Shown here: positions 36,974 through 47,398 of the stretch, one piece after another | Layout of the letters: every line of letters begins with the position of its first letter | Numbering within the stretch: the stretch's first letter is position 1 | Source of the DNA: an uncultured Gemmatimonadaceae bacterium | GTDB lineage: Bacteria; Gemmatimonadota; Gemmatimonadetes; Gemmatimonadales; Gemmatimonadaceae | Direction: 5' to 3' | Length of the DNA: 64,000 bases | NCBI GenBank assembly: GCA_963716745.1 | Contig: OY970320.1 | Coordinates: 224,001-288,000 of the forward strand | The notes under the pieces: generated by a model | Told to the model about the DNA's origin: nothing | Databases searched by the model: none | What the model saw: the letters and a program-made list of their open reading frames with translations, nothing else | Program-made: the position numbers and the translations under genes

Positions 36974-38556
36974 CCGCGGCCGGCGCGCCGCGCGAGGAAC
37001 AGACGGGCCGCGGCGCGGTGCACGTCGGGACGGGGATCCTCGCCAGCCGCGTATTCGGGCTCATTCGCCAGCGCGCGCTCGCGCACTATCTCGGTCTCTC
37101 GTTCGCGGCGGATGCCTTCAACGCGGCGTTCCGCATTCCGAACTTCCTGCAGAATCTCTTCGGCGAAGGGGTCCTGTCGGCGTCGTTCATCCCCGTGTAT
37201 GCGCGCTTGATCGCGGAGGGCGACGAAGCCGAAGCGACGCGCACCGCCGGCGCGATCGGCACGCTGCTCACGCTCACCACGGCGGTGCTCGTCCTCATCG
37301 GCGTGCTCGCGACGCCGCTGTTGATCGGGCTCATCGCGCCCGGATTCACGGGCGACAAGCGCCAACTCACGATCGTGCTGGTGCAGATCCTCTTCCCGGG
37401 CGCGGGGCTGCTCGTGATCTCCGCGTGGTGCCTCGGGATCCAGAACAGCCACCGGAAGTTCCTGCTGTCGTACAGCGCACCGATCGTGTGGAATGTGGCG
37501 ATCATCGCCGCACTCGTGGCGAAGGGTGGCAGCGATGCCCCGGCGTCGCTGGCCGTGGTCGCGGCGGGCGCGTCGGTCGTCGGCAGCGCGCTGCAACTCA
37601 TGGTGCAGCTGCCCACGGTGTTCCGTCTCGTGCCGCGGATCGCGCCGTCCCTGGGCCGCGGCTCGGAGCATGTGCGAACAGTGATCCGGAATTTCGTGCC
37701 GGTGTTCGTCGGACGCGGCGTGGTGCAGATCAGCGCATACGTGGACACGATGATCGCGAGCTTCCTGCCGGGCGGCGCCGTGGCGGCCCTCGCGAGCGCG
37801 CAGGTGCTCTACACGCTGCCGGTGAGTCTGTTCGGTATGGCGGTCTCGGCGGCCGAGCTGCCGGCGATGTCGAGCGTCGCGGGAGAACGCGACGAGATCG
37901 CAGCCGCGCTCCGCACGCGTCTCGAGCGAGGTCTCCGGCGCATCGCGTTCTTCGTGCTGCCGTCCGGCATCGCGTTCATCGCACTGGGCGACATCGTGGC
38001 CGGCGCACTCTTCCAGACCGGCCGGTTCACCCACGCCGACACGATCTACGTGTGGGGGATCCTCGCCGGCTCGGCCGTGGGATTGCTCGCATCCACGTTG
38101 GGCCGCTTGTACGCGTCGGCGTACTACGCGCTGCGCGATACGCGGACGCCGCTCCGTTTCGCCACGATTCGCGTCGTGCTCACGGTGGTGCTGGGCCTTC
38201 TGTTCGCGTTCCCCTTGCCGAAACTCCTCGGCATCGACGCCTCCTGGGGCGCCGCCGGGCTCACTGCGTCGGCGGGCATCGCCGGTTGGGTGGAATTCGC
38301 ACTCCTGCGCCGCGGGCTGAACGCGCGCATTGGCCGCACCGGCTTGCCCATGCGGTTCACGCTCCAGCTCGAACTCGCCGCCGCCGCCGGCGCGGCCGCC
38401 GCGTGGGCCATCAAGATCGCCTCGAACGTGCATCAGCCCGTGCTGCTCGCCGTCATTACGCTGGTGCCGTATGGCGCGGTGTATCTTGGCGTGGCAACGG
38501 CGATGGCGGTGCCCGAGGCGCGCGACGCCCTCGCGCGCGTGACGCGGCGCCGGTAG
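36970..38556 (+). CDS. murJ: Lipid II flippase MurJ
   Basis: SRVFGLIR, ADAFNAAFRIPN.LQNLFGEGVLSASFIP; multiple TM helices. Confidence 0.93.
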   Translation: MTAAGAPREEQTGRGAVHVGTGILASRVFGLIRQRALAHYLGLSFAADAFNAAFRIPNFLQNLFGEGVLSASFIPVYARLIAEGDEAEATRTAGAIGTLLTLTTAVLVLIGVLATPLLIGLIAPGFTGDKRQLTIVLVQILFPGAGLLVISAWCLGIQNSHRKFLLSYSAPIVWNVAIIAALVAKGGSDAPASLAVVAAGASVVGSALQLMVQLPTVFRLVPRIAPSLGRGSEHVRTVIRNFVPVFVGRGVVQISAYVDTMIASFLPGGAVAALASAQVLYTLPVSLFGMAVSAAELPAMSSVAGERDEIAAALRTRLERGLRRIAFFVLPSGIAFIALGDIVAGALFQTGRFTHADTIYVWGILAGSAVGLLASTLGRLYASAYYALRDTRTPLRFATIRVVLTVVLGLLFAFPLPKLLGIDASWGAAGLTASAGIAGWVEFALLRRGLNARIGRTGLPMRFTLQLELAAAAGAAAAWAIKIASNVHQPVLLAVITLVPYGAVYLGVATAMAVPEARDALARVTRRR

Positions 38557-38594
38557 CGGCCGCCACCCTTTTCGCGGGCGTTATCTTTCGAGCA

Positions 38595-40451
38595 ATGCCC
38601 CGGCAACCGCTCGCGGCTCTCGCCGCCAAGATCGCAACGCTCCCCGAATCCCCCGGAGTCTATCTCTGGAAGGACGCGGAGGGACAGGTGCTGTACGTCG
38701 GGAAGGCGAACAAGCTGCGCTCGCGCGTGCGGAACTATTTAGCCGGTGAGGCGCTCGAGAACAACAAGACGCGCGTGATGATGCGCCAGGCGGTGGACAT
38801 CGAGACCATCGTCGTCCCCAGCGAGGTGCACGCGCTCATCCTCGAATCGAATCTCATCAAGGAGCATCATCCGCGGTACAACATCCTGTTGCGCGACGAC
38901 AAGTCGTATCCGTTCATCAAGGTGACGGTGCAGGAGCCGTTCCCGCGCGTGATGGTCACGCGGCGCGTGCTGAGCGACGGGTCGCGCTATTTCGGACCCT
39001 ACACCGATGTCGGTGCGATGCGGCGCGCGCTGAACCTTGTGAATCGCATCTTCACGGTGCGGTCGTGCACCTACGACATGCCGAACGAAATGCCGGAGCG
39101 CGCCTGCCTCGACTACCACATCGGCCGCTGCAAGGCGCCCTGCATCTTCCTGCAGACCCAGGCCGACTACCGCGCGATGATCGACGAAGTGCTGCTCTTC
39201 CTCGACGGACGCGCGCGCGAGGTGATGCGCCGCGTGCGGGAGCGCATGGATGCCGCCGCGGCGGCGCTCGATTACGAGCGCGCGGGCGAGATGCGCGACA
39301 TGCTCGCCGCGCTCGAGAAAATGGAGGAGCCCACTGTCATCGTGGAGGTGGAGGGCGGCGACCGCGACGTGATCGGCTACGCGCGCGATGGCGACGAGGG
39401 ATGCGTGGTGATGCTGCGGATCCGCGGCGGAAAGTTGCTCGCGCGCGAGCACCAGTACGTGGCGAACCTCGTGGGCGAGACCGATGCGACGGTGCTCGCG
39501 GCGTACCTCACGCGCGCGTACATCCCGCTGGCGGACCGCGCCGCCGAGTTGATCGCGCCCTTCGAGTTCGACGATCGTGCCACGATCGAGGCCGCGCTCC
39601 CAGGCACCACGGTGCGGATCCCGCAGCGCGGCTCACGCCGCGAGTTGGTGGATCTCGCCGAGCAGAATGCGCGCCACTTGATGGAGGAGCTGCGCCTTGC
39701 CACCGCCGACACCGACGAGCGCGCCGCCGACCCCGTGTACGAGTTGCAGCGCGAACTCGGGCTCTCCAGAGTGCCGCGCGCCCTCGTGTGTTTCGACATC
39801 TCCACGGCGCAGGGCACCGACACGGTGGCCTCCTGCGTTTGGTTCGAGAATGGCCGGCCGAAACGCGCGGAGTATCGCAAGCTCAAGATCCGGACCGTGG
39901 AAGGCACCGACGACTTCGCTTCGATGAAGGAGGCCGTGAGCCGTTACTTCCAGCGCCGCATCGACGAGTCGCGCGCGCTCCCCGATCTCGTGCTCATCGA
40001 CGGCGGCAAGGGCCAGCTCGGCGTCGCGCGCGAAGCGCTCGACGCGCTCGGCCTGCAGAAGATGGAGCTCGCGAGCCTCGCCAAGCGCGAAGAGGAAGTG
40101 TTCCTCCCCGGCCGCCAGGAACCGCTGCGCATCGCGCGCCGCTCGCCGGCGCTCCGCCTGCTGCAGCGCGCGCGCGACGAAGCGCACCGCTTCGCCATCA
40201 CGTACAATCGCAAGCGGCGCTCGATGCGCACCGTCACATCCGAACTGCTGAGCATTCCCGGCGTCGGACCGCGCAAACGCAGCGCGCTGCTTCATGCATT
40301 CGGCAGTCTGCAGGGCGTGCGCGATGCGAGCGTGGAAGACATTGCGCGATTGCCCGGCTTCAGCGCCACCGGCGCACAGAAGCTCCTCGATCTGCTCCGC
40401 GCGCGCGACGTGATCGCCGCGGCCCCCGCGTCACCTTCAACCACCGAGTGA
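38595..40451 (+). CDS. uvrC: Excinuclease ABC subunit C
   Basis: PGVY..YVGKA, DDKSYP, FDIS, IDGGKGQ, RDEAHRFA, HhH motif GVGPRK. Confidence 0.96.
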   Translation: MPRQPLAALAAKIATLPESPGVYLWKDAEGQVLYVGKANKLRSRVRNYLAGEALENNKTRVMMRQAVDIETIVVPSEVHALILESNLIKEHHPRYNILLRDDKSYPFIKVTVQEPFPRVMVTRRVLSDGSRYFGPYTDVGAMRRALNLVNRIFTVRSCTYDMPNEMPERACLDYHIGRCKAPCIFLQTQADYRAMIDEVLLFLDGRAREVMRRVRERMDAAAAALDYERAGEMRDMLAALEKMEEPTVIVEVEGGDRDVIGYARDGDEGCVVMLRIRGGKLLAREHQYVANLVGETDATVLAAYLTRAYIPLADRAAELIAPFEFDDRATIEAALPGTTVRIPQRGSRRELVDLAEQNARHLMEELRLATADTDERAADPVYELQRELGLSRVPRALVCFDISTAQGTDTVASCVWFENGRPKRAEYRKLKIRTVEGTDDFASMKEAVSRYFQRRIDESRALPDLVLIDGGKGQLGVAREALDALGLQKMELASLAKREEEVFLPGRQEPLRIARRSPALRLLQRARDEAHRFAITYNRKRRSMRTVTSELLSIPGVGPRKRSALLHAFGSLQGVRDASVEDIARLPGFSATGAQKLLDLLRARDVIAAAPASPSTTE

Positions 40452-40452
40452 G

Positions 40453-41598
40453 ATGACCCCCTGGTCCCTGGAATGCTCCGCGTGCGGCCACACGGAGGCG
40501 GGCGATACGCGCGCCAGCGTGTGCCCCAAGTGCGGACAGCCGTACCTCGTCCGGTACTCGGTGCTGCCGCGTTCGCGGGAAGCGCTCCTGCCGCGCTGGG
40601 ACATGTGGCGCTACTCGGCGTTCCTCCCGCTGCTCCCGAACGAATCGCCGGTCGCGCTCGGCGAAGGCGGTACGCCATTGCAAGAGTTGCCCAAGCTCGC
40701 GCGAACGCTCGGCGTCGCGCAGCTGTGGGTGAAGGACGAAGGCCTCAATCCGACGGCAAGCTTCAAGGCGCGCGGCATGAGCGCCGCCGTCACGCGGGCC
40801 CGCGCGCTCGGCGTGCCGGGTCTCGTGGTGCCCACCGCGGGCAACGCCGGCGCCGCGCTCGCCGCGTATGGCGCTGCCGCCGGCATCCCCGTGCGGGTGT
40901 ACGCGCCTGAGACCACGCCGGCTACGATCCTTGCCACGATCCGCGCGCTCGGCGCCGAGCTGATCACGCTGCCCGGACACATTGGCGACTCGGGGAAGGC
41001 CGCGCGCGCATTCGCCGCCGAGTCGGGCTGGATGGACGTGAGCACGCTGCGCGAGCCCTATCGCATCGAAGGCAAGAAGACGATGGGCATCGAACTCGCG
41101 GAGCAGTTCGACTGGACACTGCCGGACGTGATCCTCTATCCGACCGGCGGCGGCACCGGGCTCATCGGGATGTGGAAGGCCTTCGCGGAATTGCGCGAGC
41201 ACGGCTGGATCGCGTTATCGGTCGCGATGCCGCGGATGATCACGGCGCAGGCCACCGGCTGCGCTCCGATCGTGCGCGCATTCGCGGCGGGAGCGGATCG
41301 CGCTGAGCCATGGGTGGATCCGGAGACCCACGCGAGCGGACTTCGCGTGCCGGGGCCGCTCGGCGACCGTCTTATTCTGCGCGCGTTGCGAGAGAGCAAG
41401 GGCGACGCGGGCGCCGCCGGCGAGGATGAGATCCGAGCGGCGACGCTCGAACTCTCGCGCGCGAGCGGCGTGGATGCGGCGCCCGAGGGCGGGTGCGCGC
41501 TCGCGGTGTGCCGGTCGCTCGTGAGGTCCGGCCGGATCGCAAAGGGCGCCCGCGTGGTGCTCTTCAATACGGGGAGCGGGGCGTCATACCGCGACTAG
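40453..41598 (+). CDS. thrC: Threonine synthase (PLP fold II, N-terminal Zn ribbon)
   Basis: CSAC/CPKC, LGEGGTP, NPTASFKARG, PTGGGTG, NTGSG. Confidence 0.85.
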   Translation: MTPWSLECSACGHTEAGDTRASVCPKCGQPYLVRYSVLPRSREALLPRWDMWRYSAFLPLLPNESPVALGEGGTPLQELPKLARTLGVAQLWVKDEGLNPTASFKARGMSAAVTRARALGVPGLVVPTAGNAGAALAAYGAAAGIPVRVYAPETTPATILATIRALGAELITLPGHIGDSGKAARAFAAESGWMDVSTLREPYRIEGKKTMGIELAEQFDWTLPDVILYPTGGGTGLIGMWKAFAELREHGWIALSVAMPRMITAQATGCAPIVRAFAAGADRAEPWVDPETHASGLRVPGPLGDRLILRALRESKGDAGAAGEDEIRAATLELSRASGVDAAPEGGCALAVCRSLVRSGRIAKGARVVLFNTGSGASYRD

Positions 41599-41633
41599 CC
41601 CGAAATGCAGTTGCGGGGATAAGTTTCCCTGCT

Positions 41634-42863
41634 ATGAAGATCGCGATCCTCGATCCGTTCAGTGGCATCTCGGGCGACATGATGCTCGGGGCGCTGGTGG
41701 ACGCCGGCCTCGATGCCGACTGGTTGCGTGCGCTGCCCGCCCGGCTTGGCCTCGATGGCGTGACGGTGCGCATCGAGCGCGTCCAGCGGGCGGGCATCTC
41801 GTGCGCGAAGGTGGACCTCGAGATCCCGCCGCAGCCGCACGGCCGCCATCTCAAGGAGATCCGCGGGATCATCGAGCGCGCGGCGCTTCCGGCTGCCGTG
41901 AGCGCCCGTGCGCTCGCCGCGTTCACCGCGCTCACCGAGGTGGAGGGCGCGATCCACGGCGTCTCGCCGGAAAAGGTGCATCTGCACGAAGTGGGCGCTG
42001 TTGATGCGATCGTCGACATCGTGGGATCGGTATGGGGCCTGGCTGAACTCGGGATCGACACCGTGTACTGCGGCGCGATCACCGTAGGCGACGGGAGCGT
42101 CACCGCGGCGCACGGTGTGCTTCCTGTGCCGGCGCCGGCCACGCTGCGGCTGCTCGAAGGACAGGTGATCCGTCCGGGGCCCGAGGGTGCGGGCGAGCTC
42201 GTGACGCCCACGGGAGCCGTGCTGGTGCGCGTGCTCTCGAGCGGGCCGCCGCCGGCGTCATACATTCCCCTGCGCAGTGGATTCGGCGCGGGCACGCGCG
42301 ATCCGCACGGGCGCCCGAACGCGCTCAGGGTGGTGCTCGCCGAGGCCGCCTCGAGCGAGGCGCTCCTGGTGGAGCAGTTGGTGTTGCTCAGCACCGACAT
42401 CGACGACATGGACGGCGAGTCGCTCGCTGCCGCCGCCGACGCCGTTCGCGCGGCGGGCGCGCTCGATGTCGTGCTCATTCCGACGGTCATGAAGAAGGGC
42501 CGCCCCGGCGTGCGCGTGGACGTGCTGTCCACCGCGGCGCTCGCCGGCGCGCTCGAGAACGCGTTGCTCACCCAGACGTCGGCGATCGGCGTCCGGCGCA
42601 CGATGGTGGAACGACACGCGCTGCCCCGGGAGGAGCGCGTGGTGCAGGTGCTCGGTCGCGACGTGCGCGTCAAATTCGTCACGACGCCCGGTGGCACCAT
42701 CCGCGGCAAAGCGGAGTATGAAGACCTGGCGCGCGTGGCCGCCGAGAGCGGCCGTCCGTTGCGCGAGGTGCAGGGCCTTGCTCGTGTCGCCGCGGATCAC
42801 GCGGCTCGCATGCTGGTCGAATCGATCGGGGCGGGGCAGGTCCCGCCGCATCACCAACACTAA
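41634..42863 (+). CDS. larC: Nickel pincer cofactor biosynthesis protein LarC
   Basis: SGISGDM, HLHEVGAVD, PVPAPAT, ELVTPTGA, DIDDM, MKKGRPG, EYED. Confidence 0.92.
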   Translation: MKIAILDPFSGISGDMMLGALVDAGLDADWLRALPARLGLDGVTVRIERVQRAGISCAKVDLEIPPQPHGRHLKEIRGIIERAALPAAVSARALAAFTALTEVEGAIHGVSPEKVHLHEVGAVDAIVDIVGSVWGLAELGIDTVYCGAITVGDGSVTAAHGVLPVPAPATLRLLEGQVIRPGPEGAGELVTPTGAVLVRVLSSGPPPASYIPLRSGFGAGTRDPHGRPNALRVVLAEAASSEALLVEQLVLLSTDIDDMDGESLAAAADAVRAAGALDVVLIPTVMKKGRPGVRVDVLSTAALAGALENALLTQTSAIGVRRTMVERHALPREERVVQVLGRDVRVKFVTTPGGTIRGKAEYEDLARVAAESGRPLREVQGLARVAADHAARMLVESIGAGQVPPHHQH

Positions 42864-42875
42864 GGAGATCTGTCC

Positions 42876-44537
42876 ATGTTCTTTTCCCGACACTTGGGCG
42901 CCGCGTTCATCGCGCTCGCCGTCGCGGCCACAACGGCGTCGGCGCAGCATGTCGATCGCGGGAAGCTCGACAGCGGGTTCGCCGCGCCCGTGAAGAAGCC
43001 CACCGGTCCGACGGTCAAGTTGGCCTCGCAGGATTCCTGCAAGATCGTGCTCGACTCGCCGGACGACATCAAGGACGCGGCGTCGCAGCTCGCGTTCGCG
43101 CAGATCGGCAAGGGCGATGCCCAGAAGAAGTACCTCGGCAAGGCGGTCGAGAAGACGACGCTCAAGCCGGACCGCTACGCGAAGAACCAGGCGGGGCAGG
43201 AATTCCTACTTGGCCAATCGCTCGTGATGTGGACCACGATCCCCGGCACCACGAACATCATGAAGCGCGGCGACCTCGGCTTCTCCACGGACAAGGAGCA
43301 GACGATCGACATCCTGAAGACCGCGGATTCGCTCTTCACGAACGTCGAAAAGGAATTCCCGAAGTGCCAGTCGCAGACGGATGACTACCGGAAGCAGGCG
43401 TGGGGTCCGTACATCAACAAGGTCGGTCCGCTGATCAACGCCAACAACATCGATTCCGCGTCCAAGCTGCTCGACCAGGCGCTGGTCATCTATCGCGGCT
43501 CGCCGTTCTCGTACTACTTCAAGGGACAGATCGAGTACCGCAAGAATGATTTCGCGGGCGCGAGCAAATCGTTCGAGCAAGAGGTAACGCTCGCCACGCC
43601 CATCATGTCGCAGAACGAGAACTACCCTGGTATCACGGAATACAGCAGCTTCTTCGCGGGCTACTCCGCGCAGAAGGCGGCAGTGACGCTCACGGGCGCC
43701 GACCAAACGGCGGAGTATCAGCGGGCGGTCACGCTCCTCCAGGCGAACCTCAAGAACTATCCGTGCGGTCGCTTCGCCGAGAACGCCGAGACGAGTCTCT
43801 TCAACTCGTTGCATGCGACGAACGATACGGAGGGCATGAAGGCGCAGTTCACCGCAATGATCGCCGAGACAAAGCCGTGCAGCGATCTGTGGTGGTACAA
43901 CGCGGCGCGCGAAGCGTCGGACATCGAGGCGATGCCGCTGGCCATCCAGCTGTCAGACAAAGCGGTGGCGTACAGCCCTTGGAGCGCCGGCTTGGGCAAT
44001 GCCGCCCAAGTGTACCTGAAGGCGAAGGAGTTCACGAAGCTCATGCCGGTGGCGCTCCGCCTCACGCAGATCGCGCCGAATAGCCAGGACAGCTGGGATC
44101 TCCTCGCACTCGGCTATCAGGGCGCCGCCGCGGCGGCCACCTCGCCCGCCGCGAAGAAGGCCTTCACCGACTCCCTAACCGTTGCGTACAACGCCGGCCA
44201 GAAGAACGTCGTCCACGTACGGGTGAACGAGTTCAGCATGGATGGCACGAAGCGGACGGCCGGCGGCACCGTCGAATTGGTCGATAACAGTCCGACCGCG
44301 CAGCCTGCGTCTAAGACGGCCAAGAAGGGCGCCACCGGCGCGAAGACGGCGGCGCCGATGGCGAAGACCATGGCGCCGAAGGACGTCATGATCCGAATGG
44401 ACTTCCTGAATCGCGCTGGCGGCGTCGTCAGCTCCGATTCTGCTAAGGTCACGGCAAAGCAGGGCGAGCAGACGCCGTTCAAGATCACCGCCGACGGCGA
44501 AGCGATCGTCGGCTATCGGTACGCGCCGATCCCCTAG
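42876..44537 (+). CDS. Secreted TPR-like helical-repeat protein with C-terminal beta domain
   Basis: AAGGAG SD, signal peptide ending ASA-Q, TPR-like helices (YYFKGQIEY..NDFAGA..SF), beta-rich end. Confidence 0.8.
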   Translation: MFFSRHLGAAFIALAVAATTASAQHVDRGKLDSGFAAPVKKPTGPTVKLASQDSCKIVLDSPDDIKDAASQLAFAQIGKGDAQKKYLGKAVEKTTLKPDRYAKNQAGQEFLLGQSLVMWTTIPGTTNIMKRGDLGFSTDKEQTIDILKTADSLFTNVEKEFPKCQSQTDDYRKQAWGPYINKVGPLINANNIDSASKLLDQALVIYRGSPFSYYFKGQIEYRKNDFAGASKSFEQEVTLATPIMSQNENYPGITEYSSFFAGYSAQKAAVTLTGADQTAEYQRAVTLLQANLKNYPCGRFAENAETSLFNSLHATNDTEGMKAQFTAMIAETKPCSDLWWYNAAREASDIEAMPLAIQLSDKAVAYSPWSAGLGNAAQVYLKAKEFTKLMPVALRLTQIAPNSQDSWDLLALGYQGAAAAATSPAAKKAFTDSLTVAYNAGQKNVVHVRVNEFSMDGTKRTAGGTVELVDNSPTAQPASKTAKKGATGAKTAAPMAKTMAPKDVMIRMDFLNRAGGVVSSDSAKVTAKQGEQTPFKITADGEAIVGYRYAPIP

Positions 44538-44558
44538 CACGACTTGGGGCGTCGGATA

Positions 44559-44598
44559 AAAACGGCTCGCCGGATCTTCCGGCGAGCCGCTTTTTTTC
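44559..44598 (+). terminator. Intrinsic (probably bidirectional) terminator
   Basis: AAAA-CGGCTCGCCGGA-loop-TCCGGCGAGCCG-C-T7. Confidence 0.9.
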
Positions 44599-44644
44599 TG
44601 CTTCTAACCATTCACGCACGCAACGTCGAAGTGGCTATCCTGTC

Positions 44645-44673
44645 TTGATTTCCGGCCTTTTACCTCTTACAAT
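44645..44673 (+). promoter_or_regulatory. Sigma70 promoter for the DUF512-der operon
   Basis: TTGATT-17 nt-TACAAT. Confidence 0.7.
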
Positions 44674-44776
44674 ACTTCATGTCTCCGCAACGATATTTGC
44701 GGTGCCAAGCCAACGCTCGATTCTTTAGGGGGAGATCGCGCACTGCGATCTTCCCCTTCGCGCACGGATAGATCAC

Positions 44777-46084
44777 ATGGTTCGCGTCAGCCGCGTTCTC
44801 CCAAACTCCATCGCCGCCGAACTCGGCATCGCGCCCGGCACCGAGCTCCACTCGGTGAACGGGCGCGAACTCGCCGACTTCCTGGATTGGGAGTTCCTGA
44901 CCGCCGACGATACGCTCGCCATCGAAGCGCGGCTCCCGGGCGGCGAGGAGATCGCGTACGACATCGAGCGCCCCGACGGCGAACCGCTCGGTCTCGAGCT
45001 CGAACCGCCCACGATCCGCCGGTGCGCGAACCGCTGCGAGTTCTGCTTCATCGAGGGACTGCCGGCCGGCCTGCGCCGCTCCCTCTACGTGCGCGACGAT
45101 GACTACCGCCTCTCCTTCGCGTACGGGAATTTCGCCACGCTCTCGAACGTGAAAGAGCGCGACATCGCGCGCATCCTCGAATACCGGCTCTCGCCGCTCT
45201 ATGTGTCGGTGCATGCCACGCCGTGGGAGGCGCGCAAGGTGCTCCTGAACAACCCGCGCGTGCCAAACATCGTCGAGCAGCTGACGCGTCTCGCCGAGGG
45301 CGGCATCCAGTTCCACGCGCAGATGGTGATCGTCCCCGGGCTGAACGACGGCGAAGTGCTCGAGCAATCGTTCGCCGATCTCTGGGCGCTCGGAGACGCG
45401 GTGCTATCCGTGGCGATCGTCCCGGTGGGTCTCACGCAGTTCTCGCATCTGTACACCGGCAAGTCGATGGACGCCGCCGCGTGTGGTGCGCTGCTGGATC
45501 ACATCGATCGCTGGGCTTCGCGCGCACTGGCTTCACGTGGTGAGCGCTGGGTGTACGGCTCCGACGAGTTGTACCTCCTCGCAGCGCGCCCGTTGCCCGA
45601 TGCGCCGTTCTACGGCGATTTCCCGCAGATCGAGAACGGGGTAGGGGCGGTCGCCTATCTGCGCCGCCGCCTCGGCGAGAGTCTGGACACGTTGCCGCGA
45701 CTCGATGGCCGTCGGATCGGCGTCGTGACCGGCGCCGCGATGGGCCCTGCGATCATGCCGGCGCTGCTGGAGCAGATCACTGCCGCCACCGGTGCCAAGT
45801 TCGAATTGATCGTGATGGAGAATTCGCTCTTCGGCCCCACCACGACCACCGCCGGCCTGCTCGTAGGCGCCGACATCCGCCGCGCCCTCGAGGGCCGCGC
45901 CGATCTCGACATGGCCCTGATCCCCGCCGAGACGATCAACGACGACGGCCTCTTCCTGGACGACGTGTCATTCGCTTCGGTGCGCGACGCGCTCCCGCTC
46001 CCGATCTTCCCCTCGTACGACTTCCTCGACGTGCTCGCGGAGTCCACCGACAGCCGACAGCCCACAGCCGGGGTCCGTAGTTAA
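44777..46084 (+). CDS. DUF512 protein (PDZ + radical-SAM-like CxxxCxxC)
   Basis: N-terminal PDZ-like segment; CANRCEFCF; RDDDYRLSF.YGNF; QIENGVG. Confidence 0.88.
   Translation: MVRVSRVLPNSIAAELGIAPGTELHSVNGRELADFLDWEFLTADDTLAIEARLPGGEEIAYDIERPDGEPLGLELEPPTIRRCANRCEFCFIEGLPAGLRRSLYVRDDDYRLSFAYGNFATLSNVKERDIARILEYRLSPLYVSVHATPWEARKVLLNNPRVPNIVEQLTRLAEGGIQFHAQMVIVPGLNDGEVLEQSFADLWALGDAVLSVAIVPVGLTQFSHLYTGKSMDAAACGALLDHIDRWASRALASRGERWVYGSDELYLLAARPLPDAPFYGDFPQIENGVGAVAYLRRRLGESLDTLPRLDGRRIGVVTGAAMGPAIMPALLEQITAATGAKFELIVMENSLFGPTTTTAGLLVGADIRRALEGRADLDMALIPAETINDDGLFLDDVSFASVRDALPLPIFPSYDFLDVLAESTDSRQPTAGVRS
46047..46069 (+). repeat. (GACAGCC)-type heptamer tandem repeat
   Basis: CCGACAGCCGACAGCCCACAGCC, the same unit as 10552-10574. 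Confidence 0.75.
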
Positions 46085-46086
46085 TC

Positions 46087-47398
46087 ATGTCCATCCCCGT
46101 CGTCGCCATCGTCGGCCGCCCGAACGTCGGTAAGTCGCAGCTCTTCAATCGCATCGTCGGCGACCACTCGGCGATCGTGAGCGACGAGCCCGGCACCACG
46201 CGCGACCGTCACTTCGGCCGTGCCGTGTGGAATGGCCGCGCCTTCTGGCTCGTGGACACCGGCGGTCTCACCGACGATCCGCACATTCCGATGGACGTCG
46301 AGATTCGCCGCCAGGTGCTGCAGGCGGTGGAGGAAGCGGACATGCTGCTGCTCGTCGTGGACGCGATCGCCGGACTGCATCCCCAGGATCACCGGATCGT
46401 GGAGATCCTGCGCGATGCGCGGAAGCCGTGGATCCTGGTCGCGAACAAGGTGGACGATCCGCGCGCGACGGATTTCTACGAGTTCTACAATCTTGGCGCC
46501 GGCGATCCGGTGCCGGTGTCGGCGCAGAACGGGAAGAATTCCGGCGACCTGCTGGACGTGATCGTGGAGAAGATGCCCGAGGGCGCGGCGGATCCGCCGG
46601 AATCGGTCCGCGTCGCGGTCGTCGGGCGCCCGAACGTCGGCAAGTCATCGCTCGTCAACAAGCTGCTCGGCGAGGAGCGTCTGGTCGTGAGCGACGTCGC
46701 CGGTACCACGCGCGACGCGATCGACACGCCGATGAACTTCCACGGCCGGGAATTCATCTTCGTCGACACCGCGGGCCTGCGCCGCCAGTCGAAGGTGGAG
46801 GACGGCGTGGAGTTCTATTCGTCGCTGCGCTCGCGCCGCGCGATCGAGCGCGCCGACATCTGCGTGCTCGTGATCGACGCGACGACCGGCCTCGAGGGGC
46901 AGGACCTCAAGATCGCGACGATGGCGTGGGAGAATGGGTGCGGGCTCATCGTGGTCGTGAACAAGTGGGACATCAAGGAAGAGAAAGGCGACAAGACCTC
47001 GGCAAAGTTCGTGAAGGAAGCCGCCGAGAAGGCGCCGTATCTCGCGTTCGTGCCCTTCCTGTTCGCGTCGGCCAAGACGGGCCAGCGCGTGACCAAGCTG
47101 CTCGATCTCGTGCTTGCAGGTGGACGGAGAGCGGCAGAAGCGCATCGCCACGTCGCAGGTGAACGACGCGCTCGAGGAGCTGGTCGCGCGCCTGCAGCCG
47201 CCGCAAGCGGCGGGCCGCGAGGTGAAGCTCATGTACGCGACGCAGGTGAACGTCGCGCCGCCCACGATCGCCGTGTTCGGGAATCACCCCGATCTCGTGG
47301 CGGAGCACTACGTGCGCTATCTGCAAAAGGGTTTCCGCGCCGCGTTCGGATTCCACGGGACGCCCCTGCTGATCGTCATGCGGAGCCGCGCCGCGTAA
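46087..47398 (+). CDS. der: Ribosome biogenesis GTPase Der; apparent frameshift near 47115
   Basis: Two GRPNVGKS G domains (DTGG/DTAG, NKVD/NKWD); KH-like end Y.RYL...FR..FGF.GTP in the next frame. Confidence 0.95.
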
